Shown here one piece after another: positions 47,433-60,521 of a DNA stretch of 64,000 bases. The stretch is from the NCBI GenBank assembly GCA_004431415.1, contig QPMI01000662.1, positions 62,001-126,000 on the forward strand. The letters run 5' to 3'. This stretch comes from Cyanophora paradoxa CCMP329 (Eukaryota; Plantae; Glaucophyta). The notes beneath the pieces were generated by a model. That model did not search any database. It saw nothing but the letters and a program-made list of their open reading frames with translations, and was not told the origin of the DNA. A program made the position numbers and the translations under genes. How positions within the stretch are numbered: position 1 is the first letter of the stretch; each line of letters opens with the position of its first letter.

Positions 47433-49396
47433 ATGCTTGGCAGGTTTGCGAACGCGCTCGGCTGGCTGCGTCCCCGCAAGCGCCAACGCGTGGAAGACCG
47501 GGAGCCCGCAGCAGCGACGCCTCCACCCGGCAGCCCGCTCGACGCCCTCGAGCTCCCGGACGCGGTACTGCGGCGCGTGTGCCTCGAGGTGGGTGCGCAG
47601 CATGTGCAGGCTTTGTACGGCGTCAGCAGGCGGTTCCGCCGCATCCTCGCCGAGACGTCCTGGCCGGTCCTCCGGCTCGAGCTGGCCATCGGCACGGGGC
47701 GCGCCAAACACGAGCAGACGCAGCGCGACCCCGCGCATGCCGGAGACGCCGTCCGCGCTCTTGCCGCATGGGCCGAGCGGTTTAGGCGCGGGAGCGTGCG
47801 TTCCGCCGCCCGCATCGAGATCTGCATCTGCCTCCCCGCTGGAGCCCCGCATGTGCTCGAAGACGAAGCGCGCGCGCGCCGCGTCTCGCCGCTTGACGCC
47901 CGCGCAGGAGTCCGCTGCCCGCCTACGCGCGGATCTGGCCCTGGCGTACGGCGGCATCGCGGGGCTCTGGTCGGCGGCGTGCGAGCGCGCCGCCGCGGCG
48001 CCCTCGGAGCTGGCGGTCGTCGTGGAGGGCGGCGGCGCCGCCGCCGCGCCGGCGCCGACGCCGGCGGCCTTTGGCTTCGAGTCGGTGCTGGTGGAGGCGG
48101 CGGGGCTCCACCCCGGGGGCACCCTGGCCGAGCTCGCCGTCGACTCCGACGAGGCCTTCGTACCCCTCTCGCCCTCGCCCGTCGCCCTCAGCCCCGCCGC
48201 GCTCTCCAGCGCCCTCCGCCGGCACGCCGCCAGCCTCAGGATGCTCGCCCTGCCCCTGCAGGGCTTCCTCACGGAGGCGCACGCCGCCGGCCTGGCGGCG
48301 GCCGCGCCGGGGCTGGCGCAGCTCACAGTCTCCCTCCCGCCGGACGCCAGCGAGGCTGCCGCCTGCGCCGCCGCCCTCTCCGCCCTCCCCGCCCTCTGTT
48401 CCCTGCGCCTTCGCTGGCCGCCCCGCCCGCCGCCCGCCGCCCACGGCCCCGACCTCGCCCCAGCCCTCCGCGCCCTCGCCGCGGGGCCCGCCGCCGCCTC
48501 CCTCCGCAGCCTCTACCTCGGCCGTCCGCCCTTGCCCCCGCAACTAGCCCATCCGCCCCTTCTCAACGGCCCTGCAGGCTGCGGGCCGCTGTCGCCGGCG
48601 GGAATCGCCGCCCTTCAGGGCATTCCCGGCCTCGAGGAGCTCACCCTCGCGGTGCACCCGCCACTGCGCCCGCTCGGGTCCGACCAGCCGAGTCGCCGCG
48701 GCAGGTCGACGCGACGAGCGCGGCGGGCGCGGCGGGGCTCGCCGCCCTCGCGGCCCTGCGCGAGCTCTACGTGCGCGTCGAGATCTCCCCCGCAGACGAC
48801 GGCGGCGTCGCCTGCCGCGCCCTCGCGGCCGCCTTGGCGGCCTCGGCCTCGGGCGGCGGCTGCGGGCGGCGGGTGTGCAGGTGGCGCCAGCGGGGGGCGA
48901 GCCGGCGGTGCGAGCGCTGCGGGCGGGCCCGCGGGCCCTCGACGAGGCAGCCCTCGCCGCCCTCCTTGCCGCCTGCGCCCTCTCCCTCGCCTTTCTCGAG
49001 TGCGCGCCACGCCCCTCGAGCTCTCTCGGTGCGCCCCGACGGGGGGCGGGGGCAGCGTGAACGTGTACGTGGAGCGGGCGCCGTCGGAGGCGCTGCTGGA
49101 GTGCCTCGCCGGCTGCCCCCGCCTCCGCTCCCTCGTCCTCCGCCACTTCACCCGCTCCGCCGTCCGCCTCGTCCCTTACAGGCGCCCGCCCTCGCCCGCC
49201 CCCGCCCTTCCCCCTCTCACCCCTCTCCAGCCTTCAACCGGCGGCGGCGCTGGCGGGGCGGGCGGCGGTGCGCGTGCTGGTCTTCGTCCCCGAGGAGTGC
49301 GGGCCGGCGCTCCCCCCCATCTGCTCCGCCCTCCTCGACGAATGGCTCCCCGACCGCGCCTGCTGCTACTCCGACGAGTGCCCCCCGCCCTCCTAG
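47433..49396 (+). CDS. F-box / RNI-like leucine-rich repeat protein
   Basis: F-box-like LELPDAVLRRVC..LYGVSRRFRRI. LRR-like LPALCSLRL, SLRSLYL, GLEELTL, ALRELYV, CPRLRSLVL. Confidence 0.7.
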
Positions 49397-49539
49397 AGTC
49401 GATCTCGAGCCCAATGTGAGTCACCTACTCGGTGGCTGAGCGGCCGCACGATGCATTCGCGGTTCGGTTCAAATCGGTGAACATATCTGCCTGCCTTTTA
49501 TCTCTTCGGGGCGCGGGGCGGCGGGGCCGGGGCGGGGCC

Positions 49540-51830
49540 TCAGAAGAAGCCGCCGTGCTGGACGCCGACGTCGACGAGGAGCTCGTAGAGGACGCGGCCC
49601 TTGCCCTTGTCCTCGTACAGCGCGATCCGCTGCACGTTCGGCGCCCCCGGCGGCGGCCGGAAGCCCGGGGGGGCCCCCGGGGGGGCCTGGCCGGCGGCGA
49701 GGGCGCCGAGGAAGAGGGCGGAGCTGGAGATGTAGTCGTCCTTGACGCCGTGGTCCTGGTCGAGCAGCACGAAGCGCACCACCGCTGCGGGCGGAGCGGG
49801 GCAGGGCTCGGCGGCGCGCGCGCTCGGCATGCGGGCGAAGGGGCACCGTATTCGAGGCTGGGGACGTCGAAGTCGAGGAGCTCGTTCCAGACGGGGTTGC
49901 GGAGCTCGTTCCAGATGGTCTTGGTGTTCTTGGCGACCATCGAGGAGGTGGCGCGGGCGCCGTCGTCGGCGAGGTAGTAGATCTGCACCGCCACGTACAG
50001 GTCGTCCGCGTCCCGGTTCACCACCTGCGCAGCAGCCCCGCGTCGGCGTGCTGCCTCCCCGCGGGGCCCCAGCGCCCCACCCGCCGGGCGGGACCTTGTT
50101 CATGTCGTTCATGGAGATCTTGGAGGAGGCGACCTGCCGCGCCTCCAGCACCCGCAGCGCCACCCGCGCCCGCCCCGGCGCCCCGGGCCCCAGCGACGCC
50201 CGCCCCATCCCCGCCGGCCGCGCCGCCAGCGTGCCCCCGCCCTGCCGCAGGTGCGGCGGCTTGAGCACGAAGCCGCAGGATCCTCCCTTGGCGAACAGGG
50301 CCTGCGGGGGGGGCGCGGCCGGCTCAGCCGGGCCCCGCGGGCGCCGGGGGCGGGGCGGCGGGGGTCCGGCTCGCCTCCTGGATCTCGGTCGCCTTGCCGG
50401 CGCGCTGCATGTTGAGCGCCACCAGCGAGCAGCCGCTCGCCCAGAATGGCCAGGGGTCGAAGTTCTAGGTGGGCCCGCGGGTGAGTCGACGCGGTAGCCG
50501 CAGGGGAAGATGCGGTGGCCGCGGGGTACCTTGGAGTCGATGCGGTGGCCGCCGGGGAAGACTCGGGTGAGGGCGTAGCGGTTGGCCTCCACCAAGCGCT
50601 GCCCGGCGTTCGTGTCCACGCCGCACGCCATGCACGCCAGCAGCGCGTTCGGCGGGCTGATCATCTTCAGCACCTCCCCCTCGCTCGCGTTCCACACCGT
50701 GTCCGCCCGCCGCCCCTCCGCCGCCGCCGGCGGGCCCGAGCTTCGCTCCTTCCACTGCGCGGCGGGGGCGGGGGCGGGCCTCGGCGCCGGCGCGCGCGGG
50801 GGCCGCTCGGGCCGGGGGGCGGCCGCACGAGGAAGACGAGGTTGTCGAGGGCGGGGCACTGGTCCGCGGGGTTCGGCTTGTCCATCATGATGATCACGCG
50901 CCGGCGGAGCTGGTTGGGCGAGGGCAGCGGGCCTCGCTGCATGTGCGGCGGCAGCGGCGGGGCCAGCGCGCTCCCGAAGACCTCGTACAGGTCCCTGCGG
51001 GGTACAGGCTCGCCGCCCGAGCCGCGACGAGAGGGGCGGAGCCGGGCCGAGCCGAGGGCGCGCGCGGGGCGCACCGGGCCATGATGTTCCGCACTTCGGC
51101 AGAGCAGTGGTTCTCGAGGTCCAGGATGATGGGGAAGTCGTTGTTCGCCCAGGCGCTGCGCGCGTGGGTCGGCGCCGCTCAGCCCCGCGCGGCGCGCTGC
51201 ACTCACTGGACGGCGATGGTCTCCAGCACGCGCTTGAAACCCAGCCGCGAGACGAGCGTGTGTCCTGCACGCCGAGAGACGCGTGAGGCGAACTCGCCGC
51301 GCGTCGGTTGGGGCGGCGGACGGACCGTGGTAGACGACGGCGTCAGTCTCCTTCTCGCTCATGACGTTCGCGAAGTCCAGCCGCTGCGCGCCGTGGTTCG
51401 GGTCCCACACGTCCATCTCCAGGCACCTGTCGAGCGCCCAAGGCCGGCCAGCGGTGAGTTTGGAGTGAAGGGCTGAGCACGGTGCAACTTTGCTGGCGGA
51501 GCGGACCGGCAGCCCATACGGAGCGCTTCGGCATAGGCGGCGAGAGATGCGTCGCCAGCGAGCTGGCTCTCGGTCGCTGCGGCGGGACGGCCAGTCGGTA
51601 ACTTGGCGGGCAGTTTGGCGGTCTAGCCAGGAGTCGCGTTTATACGGATGAAATAGTCTCGAACCCATGTAGGTATTGTGACTCGTCGAGATAAAATAGT
51701 CGCTCAGCGGGAAGTCGTACGCGGGGTCGGCCGGCGGCGGGCGCGGCGGCTGCTGGACGTGGCCCTGCATACCCAACGCCGCCTGGCCATGGGCCATGCC
51801 AGGATGCTCGTTCGACTGCTGATTTCCCAT
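49540..51830 (-). CDS. PLC: Phosphoinositide-specific phospholipase C (X, Y, C2)
   Basis: PLSDYFISTSHNTY, RCLEMDVWD, VYHG/HTL, FPIILDLENHCS, LPSPNQLR, LTRVFPGGHRIDS, VALNMQ, GFVLKP, C2 NPVWNE. Confidence 0.93.
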
Positions 51831-51974
51831 CCGGATGCAGTTTCCGTTTGGCACGGCAACCGAACTGCCTGTACCCGCCACCAGTAACTGCCGTACCCGC
51901 GCCAGCTGTGCAAACTCAGAGCAGTGGTGCGGTGTTGCGAGCTGCCACAGCTGCTGACATATTGCTTGAACACG

Positions 51975-53658
51975 ATGGCTAGCGATGCCAGCGACGAGGA
52001 GGTGTTCGACCTCGCGGACGCGCGAGAGAGCATGTTGCGGGCGCACAGGAGGGAGCTCGAACGTGCCCAGTGGGTTCGACGCTTTCAGCTTCTTCTTTTC
52101 GATTCGACTCGGCCTCGCCCTAACTGCCCCCAGCCCCTCGCACAGGATCTGGGCGGCGCCCCGAAGAAAAAGGCGACCCGGCGCAAGCGTTCGGACGGAG
52201 ACGAAGATTACGATCCGCGTGAGGAGTCGAAAGAATCCAAACCCTCCCGCCGCAGCGCTCGCTTGGTCGGAAAGGTGCGCCCCCGCGTGCTCCCGCCAAA
52301 ACCGCGACGGCCAGCATCGAGTGCTCACGCAGCCCGCCGAGGATCCTGGCTCCGACGGATCTGATATCGATGCGGACTCCGACAATGGACGCGAACGGCG
52401 GCGCCGGCCGCGGCGGGCGGGCAGCGCGAAGAAGATCAATGTTCAGAAAGATTACATCTTCCCGGTTGACAAGCTCGGGAGCTGCCGCGCGGCCCCGAAA
52501 GAAGGTGCGTACTGTAGGCTCCGCAGCATACGCGATATCGCCGCAGAGGACTCAGCGGAACGCAGAGCTTCTCGTCAACCAGGAGATGAAGAGGAAGCGC
52601 GGGCTGTACGATAAGGAGAACGGCGTGACGTGCGCGCTGCGCGCCCCACCCGTTCCCCCGGAGCCCGCTCACCCTCGTGCGCGCGCAGGTGCCACCAGTG
52701 CCGGCAGAAGACGAGCGACAAGAAGACGGAGTGCTCGGGCAAGGAGTGCCGGAAGACGGAGAAGGGTCACTTTTGCGCGAAGTGCCTGTACGACCGCTAC
52801 GGCGAGAGCATCGAGGAGGTGTGGGCCAACCCCAAGTGGACCTGCCCCGTCTGTGCGTCGCGCCCGTCGCCGCGCCCCGCCGCATCCCGCGGGTCGCGCT
52901 GACGGTCCCCGCCCTTGCCGCGCAGGCCGCGGCTTCTGCAACTGCTCGTTCTGCTGGGTACGGGGGGCTTGGGCGGTGGCGGGGGGGCGGGGCGGGGCTG
53001 AGGGGCGGGGCGCAGGCGGAGGCGACGGGGGCGCTGGCGCCGCGTGCGCGGCGGCTGGGGTACCTCTCCGTCGCCCACTACCTGGCCGACCGGCCCGGCC
53101 AGCTCGTCAGCGTGCGCCCCCGCCCCGCCCCGGCCCCGGCCGCACCCCGGGCGCCCCCGCCGACCCCGCCCCGCCCCGCGCCCCGCAGATGCCCGACTTC
53201 GACCGGAGGAAGCTGATGGCGCCGGGCCGGCAGCCGCCCGCGGTGCTTCCCGAGTCCCTGCGCCCACCCTCCGCCGCCCGCCGACGCCGTGCGCCGCGCA
53301 GCGCGAGGAGGCGCAGGCGCTAGCTCCCGCGCAGAGCAGCGCCACGCCGCGGCGCAAGGCGCCGGCACGGCCGGCGAGGGGCCGGCGCCCCGCCAAGCGA
53401 GCCCGCGCTGCCCCCGCTGAGGAGGAGGAGGACGAGGAGGAGGAGGACGAGGAGGAGGAGGAGGGCGAGCAGGACGAGGAGGAGGAGGAGGGCGAGGAGG
53501 AGAATGAGGAGGAGGCGGAGGAGGAGGCGGAGGAGGACGAGGAGGCTGCGAGGCCGCGGGCTCAGGTGCCGGGCACGGCGCGGAAGGAGAAGGCGGGCAA
53601 GGGCGCCTGGCACCGCATCAAGTCGTGGGCCACCTCCAAGATGAGATCCAGGTCCTAA
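51975..53658 (+). CDS. CDCA7: zf-4CXXC_R1 protein (CDCA7-like)
   Basis: YDKENGVT/CHQCRQKT, FCAKCLYDRYGE, WTCPV/CRGFCNCSFC, TGAL..ARRLGYLSVAHYL, followed by an acidic tract. Confidence 0.85.
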
Positions 53659-54138
53659 GCTCGGCACCGCGCCGGCCGCGAACAAGCGATCCTCGCAAAT
53701 CTTGAAGCGAGAGCTCGAGGGGTGGAACACGGAACCGAGATATGATTCGGGGGCCCCACCTCATGATCATGATTGTACATGTGTTGATAATAATTAAATA
53801 CGTAAAAGGCTCAAAAACAACTCAGCGCGGAACATGCGAATGCGGATTCAGATTTCAAAGCTGCAGGTGATCGTAGTGCTACGGGGATGCATCGGGGGAC
53901 TGAAATTCATGGCTGCTATGCGAAAAACGGAGTCGATCCCAGGGGGTGCCCTTGCGGGTCATCGTCAAAGCCGGCAGCTAGTGCTGGCTGGGAGGAGCTC
54001 GAGCGAAGGACCCGCTACGGGGACCGAGAGCTAGAGCTGGACCGAGGCCGGCCAGGGAGACTAGCGGGGGGCTGAGAAGGCGAGTGCTGTGGCGCGACTA
54101 GGCGGGGAGTGAGAGGGGCCAGGCGGGCGGGAGGGGGG

Positions 54139-55660
54139 CTAGTTGACGGTCTGGTCCATGGTCTCGCCGGGGACGCCGTGGGCCTTGCCCAGGACCTTCG
54201 CCGGCACCCCGCACGCCGTCACTGCAGAAGCTACATGAGCCGGCGGCGGGGCGGGAGGGGCGGGGGGCGGGGGGGCGGGACCGTGCGGGGGGATGTCCTT
54301 GACGACGACGCTGCCGGCCCCGATCTTGGCCCCGTCCCCGATGCGGATGTTCCCCAGCACCGCCACCCCGGCGGCGAGGAGCACGCCGTTGCCGATCTTC
54401 GGGTGCCGGTCCCCGCTCTCCTTCCCCGTGCCCCCCAGCGTCACCCCGTGCAGGATGCTCACGTCGTTCCCCACCACGCTCGTCTCCCCTGCGCCCCGCA
54501 CCCGTCAGCGGCGGCGCGCTCGGGGGCGGAGGGGGGGCGGGGCGGGGCGGGCCGATGACGACGCCGGTGGCGTGGTCGAGGAGGATGCCGCGCCCGATGC
54601 GCGCCGCCGGGTGCACGTCCACGTGGAACACCTCCGAGATCCGGCTCTGCTCGCCACGCGGGGTTCAGGGCGGGGGCGGGGCGGCGGGCAGGCGCGGGGG
54701 CGGGCCTGGAGGGCGAGGGCGAGGGGCACGCGGCCGGAGCGCCAGAGGGCGTGGGAGACGCGGTACGCCTGCACCGCCTGCGCGCCCCGGGGGCGTCGGC
54801 GGGGGCGCGGGGGCGGGGGGCGGGGGGAAGGCTAGGCCGGGGCACCTGGAAGCCCTTGAAGTAGAGGAGGGCCTGGGAGAAGCCGCGGCACGCCGGGTCC
54901 CGCGCCCGCACCGCCTGCCGCGCAGCGTTGGCGGGGCGGGGAGGGGGCCGGGGCGGGGCGGGGCGGGGCGGACGCGGAGGTCGGCGAGGAAGGCCTGGCG
55001 GAGGTCGCGGTCGGCGGCGATGACCTCCTTGAAGAGCTCCAGCAGCTGCGTCGAGAGCAGCGTCGGGCTCTGCAGCTTGTTCGCCAGCGTGAACGCCAGG
55101 CAGTCCTCCAGGTTCGTGTGCACGAGGATGGCCGAGTAGAGGAACGAGGCGAGGATCGGCTCAGACTGCGCGTCCGCCTTGGCCTCCTGCCTGATCGTGC
55201 GCCACAGCGCCAGGTCGCTGTGCATCGGGTCCGTGTCCGCTGTCGTCCCGCTCGAGCTGCTGTCGCTCGCCGCCGGCCCCCGCGCCACCGCCGCCCCTCG
55301 CCTGCTCGCCGGGAGGTAGTCTTCCGAGCACAGAACGTGCTCCTCCGACTCCGCCTCATGCGAGGGCGGCCCCGCGTGTGCCGCCTCCACGTGAGTCCGC
55401 CGCGGCGCGCGTGCGCTCGCCGTCGCGCGGCTCACGAGCGCCCTCTGGCCCCTGGACCTTGCGAGATCCCCGGATGCTTGCGCCGCAGCGCCCAGCGACG
55501 ACGGCGCCGGGTGAGCTGGTGACCGGAGCAGGAGTGCAACGCTGGCAGCTGCGCCCAGTCTATGTCCGCACGCGACCTTGCCCTGGATCAGATCATGAAG
55601 ACGGTGAGCGAGCTGGGCGCCCTGGAGGTGGCCCGCAGAGCGGAGCACGGGCGCTGCCAT
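54139..55660 (-). CDS. SAT: Serine O-acetyltransferase with N-terminal extension; start uncertain
   Basis: EPILASFLYSAIL, RDPAC, FKGFQ, VDVHPAARIGRGILLDHATGVVI, GVTLGGTGKESGDRHPKIG, IGAGSVV, GVPAK. Confidence 0.93.
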
Positions 55661-55831
55661 GTGTCGGTTGAAACGGACGACGCGATAAGCTGTTTCAGGC
55701 TGTTCAAATGGGCTCTGGAGGTCGCGTGCGGCAAACAGCCGCCGGCAGGAGAGGATCCCGTGCTGGATCTCTGTGAACAAGTGTACCCCCACCCGCTTGT
55801 GCCCCCCACCCTCGAACATCGGCGCGGCGAG

Positions 55832-58800
55832 ATGGACGAAATCGTGCGTGCCACCCGCGCTGCCGGCGCGGCCGCGGCATGCTGAATGCGCGCGACTGCA
55901 GGCGGCGCTGCAAAAGCAGCTGGCGGCGGTGCAGCTCACCGAGACCTCCCTGCGCCTTTCGGAGCGCAATGTCGTCGAGATTGTCATGAAGATAATGGAG
56001 CTGGGCCTGCTGAAGGGCGTCATCATGACCCAGCAGCGCGAGTATGTCACGCAGCGGCAGCTGGAGCGCGAGATCCTCGACGAGCTGCTCGTCCGCGGAG
56101 GTGCGCCCGCGCGGGCCGGCGGCGCGGCGCGCGGGGTCGCGGGCCGAGGGGCGGGGGCGCAGGGCGCGTGAACGTGGTGGAGCTGCAGCCGGCGCTGGGC
56201 GTGGACCTCTCGTTCATCCAGGCGCGCTCGGCGGACATTGCCGCCAAGGACGACTCGGTCATGCTCGTCAAGGGCGAGCTCATCGCCAGGTCCGCCCCCC
56301 GCCCGCCGCGCGCCGCGGGCAGCGGCGGGCGGTGCGAGCGGGGGCGGGCAGCTACTACCTGGACTCGCTGGCGGAGGAGGTGAACGAGTGGCTGCAGGAG
56401 GCGGGGCGCGTGGGCCTCGACGAGGTCTCCGCCCGCTTCACCCTCGACCTCGAGTTCCTCCAGAGCGTCCGCCCCGCCCCGCCCCGCCCCGCCCCGGCCC
56501 CGCCGGCACGCGCCGAGGCCGGGCGGCGCAGGTGCTCGTGCCGCGCCTCGGGGTCTCCGTGCAGGGCAAGCTCGACCAGGGCGCCCTCTTCACCCAGGCC
56601 CGCCGCCCCCCGCCCCGCCCCGCACCCCGTCCCCTGACCCCCCCGCAGGCCTACCTCGAGCGGCACACCGCGCAGATCCGCGGCCTCTTCTCCGCGATGA
56701 CCCGGTACCCCCGCCCGCCCCCCGCCCCGCCCCGCCCGAGCGCTGAGGCCGCGCGCCGTGCAGGCCGACGAACGTGGGGGCCCTCATCAAGCAGTACAAC
56801 TTCAACGAGGGCATCTTCTACAGTGCGCGCGCCCCGTACCCCCCCCGGTCCCGCCGTACCCCCCTCCAACGCAGCGCAGGCGTCCTCCAGAAGCTCCTAG
56901 ACGAGGGACGCGTCGACGGCCACGTCCGGGTGCGCAGTACCCCCCGGCTCTTCTTTCCCCCCCCTCTTAAAACGGCGGCAGGGGGGCGGGGAGCGGGCGG
57001 TGTTCTACCCGGCGCTCTTCACGCGGGTGCAGCAGTCCTCCGTCGAGGACTTCTACAGGCAGAACGACTACATCGGTGCGCCCCGGAGCCTGCCAGCGCC
57101 CGCCGCCGGACGCCGGGCCTCGCTGAGGCGGGGGCGGGCAGAGTACAGCCGGCTGGCGAAGCTGGAGATCGGGAACCCGCGGCAGTACATGGAGGGGCGG
57201 CACAAGGGCAAGGGCCTCGCCCTCGACACCTGCTTCGTCTCCGACCGCCTCGTCGCCCAGGTTCGCGCCAGTGTTGAGGGGCGCCGGGCGGGGGGCCGGC
57301 TGGCTGAGCCGGGGCCCCGCCCCCGGGACGGACAGGTGGACGCGAACCTGGACGAGGCGCTGGCGAGCGGGACCTACCTCGACGTCGCGCCCCTCGTCCC
57401 CGCCCCCTTCACCCCCGCCGACACCGCCGCCCTCCTCGAGGCCTGCCCCTCGCTCCAGCGGCGGGGGGCCCCCGCGGTGACCCTCGGCGAGTGCTTCGTC
57501 GTGAGCCGGCAGCTGCTGGAGCAGGCCGTGGCGCGCTACGAGGAGCGCCTCCGCAAGCTCAGCGAGACCGTCATCGCCGAGGAGGCCCCCGCGGCTCCCG
57601 CCCCGGGGGGGGCCGACGAGGAGGAGGAGGAGCGCTACAGCGACGGCGAGCAGAGCGACGAGGACGGCGGCAAGCTGCGGCCGCCCTCCCGCAAGAACAA
57701 CCCCTCCCCGAGCGCCCCCGCCGCCCCCGCCGGCAAGAAGGGCGGGCCCTCCAAGACCCCGCCCGCCCCCGCCCCGGCCCCGGCCCCGGCCCCGGGCCCG
57801 GCAGCCGGGGCCAAGAAGGGCGGCAAGGGCGGAGCGGCGGCGGCGGCGGCGGCGGACGACGACGAGCCGCTGACGAAGAAGGCGGCGGGCAAGGCGAAGA
57901 AAGGCGGGGCGGCGCCGGCGCCGGCCGCGGCCGCCAAGAAGGGCGGCGCGGGGGCAAGAAGGGCGGGCCGGCCGAGACGGGGCCCCTGGCCAAGGCCGAG
58001 GCGCGCCGGCCGCCCCGCCGCGCCCCGCCCCGCCTCGCCCGCTGAGGGCAGTGCGGGCGTGCAGGTGGTGAAGGCGCTGCGAGAGTGGTACCCCGAGGCG
58101 GACCCCGACATGCTGGCGCTGGTCGCCGGCCACATCAGGCCGGCCCTCCTCGAGGCCCGCCTGCCCCACCTCGCCCCGCCTCGGGCCGCCCTCCCCTGAG
58201 CCGCGGGGCCGGCGCAGGCCGAGGCGCGCGTCAAGGCCTCCCTCTTCACCGGCCCCGCCCCCGCCGGCGCGGCCGCCGCCGCCAAGGGCGGGCCCGACGG
58301 CGCCGCCGCCCGCAAGCAGGCGCCCCCGCCCGCCCGCCCGCCGTCGCCGCCCCGCCGCGCGTGCTGACGGGCGGGGCAGCGAGAGGCGCTGCGGGAGCGG
58401 GCGGCGGCGCTGTACGAGGCGGCGTGGCTCCAGCGGCGCGCCGCCGAGCACCTCGACGGTGCCCCGCCGCCGCCCCACGCCCCGCCGCCCGGGCCCCGCG
58501 CTGACGCTCGGGGCGGGGGGCAGAGGCGGGGCGGGAAGCGGTGGAGCGGCACGTGGCGAAGACGACGGGGGCCGAGCTCTACGCGGCGCTCGTCGAGTCG
58601 CACGCCGCCGCCCTCGGCCTCCCGCTCCCTGCCCCCGACGCCAAGGCGGGGCCGGCGGGGGCCCTGCCCCCGGGCTTCGCGGGGCAGGTCATGGGCCACC
58701 TCTCCAAGAGCATCGCGGGGCCCCTCGCCGCCCTCGCCGACGCCCTCGGGCCCAAGAAGGCCCGCCCGCCCGCCCCTCGAGGGCGCCGCGCTGCCCTCTG

Positions 58801-59558
58801 ACGCCGCGCCGGGCGTGCAGACGCTGGAGGAGGCGCTGGTGGCGGCGGAGGAGGCGCTCGAGGCGAGCCGCGTGCCGGCGAAGCGGCCGGACAAGAAGCG
58901 GGAGCGGCAGCTCGTGCACCGGCACAAGGCGGCGCTGGCCGAGGAGCTCGCGGCCGCCGAGGACCCCGCCCTCGCCCTCCACGCCGCCGCCTCCCTCCTC
59001 TACAGGTCCCGCCCCCTCCGCCCCGCCCCTTCCGCCCCGAACCCGTCGCGGGCGCTGAGGGCGCACCCGCCAGCTCGTCGTACGGGTGCGCGGTGAACGC
59101 GCCGGGGAGGGCCCTCCCCGCGCTGCTCGAAGCCCTGCGCCGCGCCGGCGCGCCGCGCGAGGAGGCCCCGCCGAGGCGGCCGAGAGGGAGCCCAGGCGCG
59201 ACGACAAGGGCAAGAAGGTCGCCCGCCGCCCGCCGCCCGCCCCGCGCCCGCCCTCACTCGGCGGCAGGCCGGCAAGAAGGGCGGCAAGGGCGGGAGGAGG
59301 CGGCGGCGGGGGCGGCGGCGGGGGCGGCGGGGCGGCGGGCCCCGGGGCGCCGGTGGCGGCGGGGCTGCTGGGGGAGCTCGAGGAGGCCCACCGGGCCGTC
59401 GTCCGCCTCCTCTCCGCCCGCTTCGGTGGCGCCGCCGGCGGGGCGGGCGGCGGGCGGCCGAGGCGGAGGCGGTGGCGCGGACGCGGGTGGACGCCGTGCG
59501 CGCCGCCGCCCTCGCCCTCGCCCGCAGCAGCAAGGGCCCCGCCCCCGACGCCGAGTAG
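55832..59558 (+). CDS. UFL1: E3 UFM1-protein ligase 1
   Basis: RLSERNVVEIVMKI, EYVT..LEREILDEL..G/GRVNVVELQPALGVD, GELI, YLDSLAEEVNE. Stop TAG 59556-59558. Confidence 0.9.
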
Positions 59559-60521
59559 CCGGCCCCGCCCGGATGGCCTCTCGCATTCGATTAATTGGGG
59601 GACGATTCATTGAACTTCGGTCTGCCGCCGGACCGTACGAGCCCGGCCATATGCATGCAAAGCTGCATATGCATTTGCGTCGAAGTTGAAACCCGGGAGC
59701 ATTCATGATCATATGATCAGCGATGATCATGATCACGGTTTACTCAGTTACCCGATCACGAGTACCGTAGTACCTGTTTTGAGGGACTACGGGCACCGGA
59801 GCAAGAGCTAGCACTTGCAATATTAATTGAGTTTTTCACGGTTATTCTGGATCGGACATTTAATTTGCTCCGAGGCTCAGCCTAACAAAATATCGGCGCC
59901 GGCTAGCGCTAGCTCCAGATAGCCGCGCCCCAAATCGCGATCGTACGAAACATTAGCGGCTCTACTAACACACCGGCAATTTTTTATACACGTGCACTAA
60001 CTCATTTCCTAATCACGAGTCACTCATCACGATCATGGCAATCGATTGCGGCCAGAAGGCAGGATCCGGGAAAAAGACGCCTTGGGGGCGCCTGCAAGCA
60101 CCGCGAAGACACAGATTCGAAGGTCAACGCCTTTGAAATTTCTGCCTCTGAACCCGAAGGTCCTGCCACTGTGCATGTCGGAAACATATATGCATCAGAA
60201 ATATGCCAGCTTTGCTAGTTCTACTATCAGAAACATCTCAGATAACTATAAAGCCAAGGCCAAGGAAAGGTACCAGGCCCGCTCGCTATGCAATTTTTCG
60301 GTCTACACAATAACGTCTGCAGCTGGCCATCGATCACGGTATGGTCTGGATCTCAAATGCGAAAAATCATTATAAAATTATGATGAAGCCTAAAGATTGT
60401 TAATCAGAAACATCTTGAGCTCAGAATGCGAGAGCCGCCGGGGTTTAGAATTATTTCTACTCTTCGAATTCGAATTCCTGCGCGTGCTCTCCCCCGCCGC
60501 CGCCGCCGCCGCCCCCGGGGC

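Noticed and set aside
53415-53545. (GAG)n-rich tract
   Set aside because: Encodes the acidic low-complexity region of the CDCA7-like protein and is not an independent repeat element.
59560-60420. Low-GC gap with palindromic atgcat/tgatca runs and a 109-aa ORF (60046..60375)
   Set aside because: No recognisable domain. Similar short palindromic low-complexity runs occur throughout the window (e.g. 29770-29822), so not treated as a specific element.
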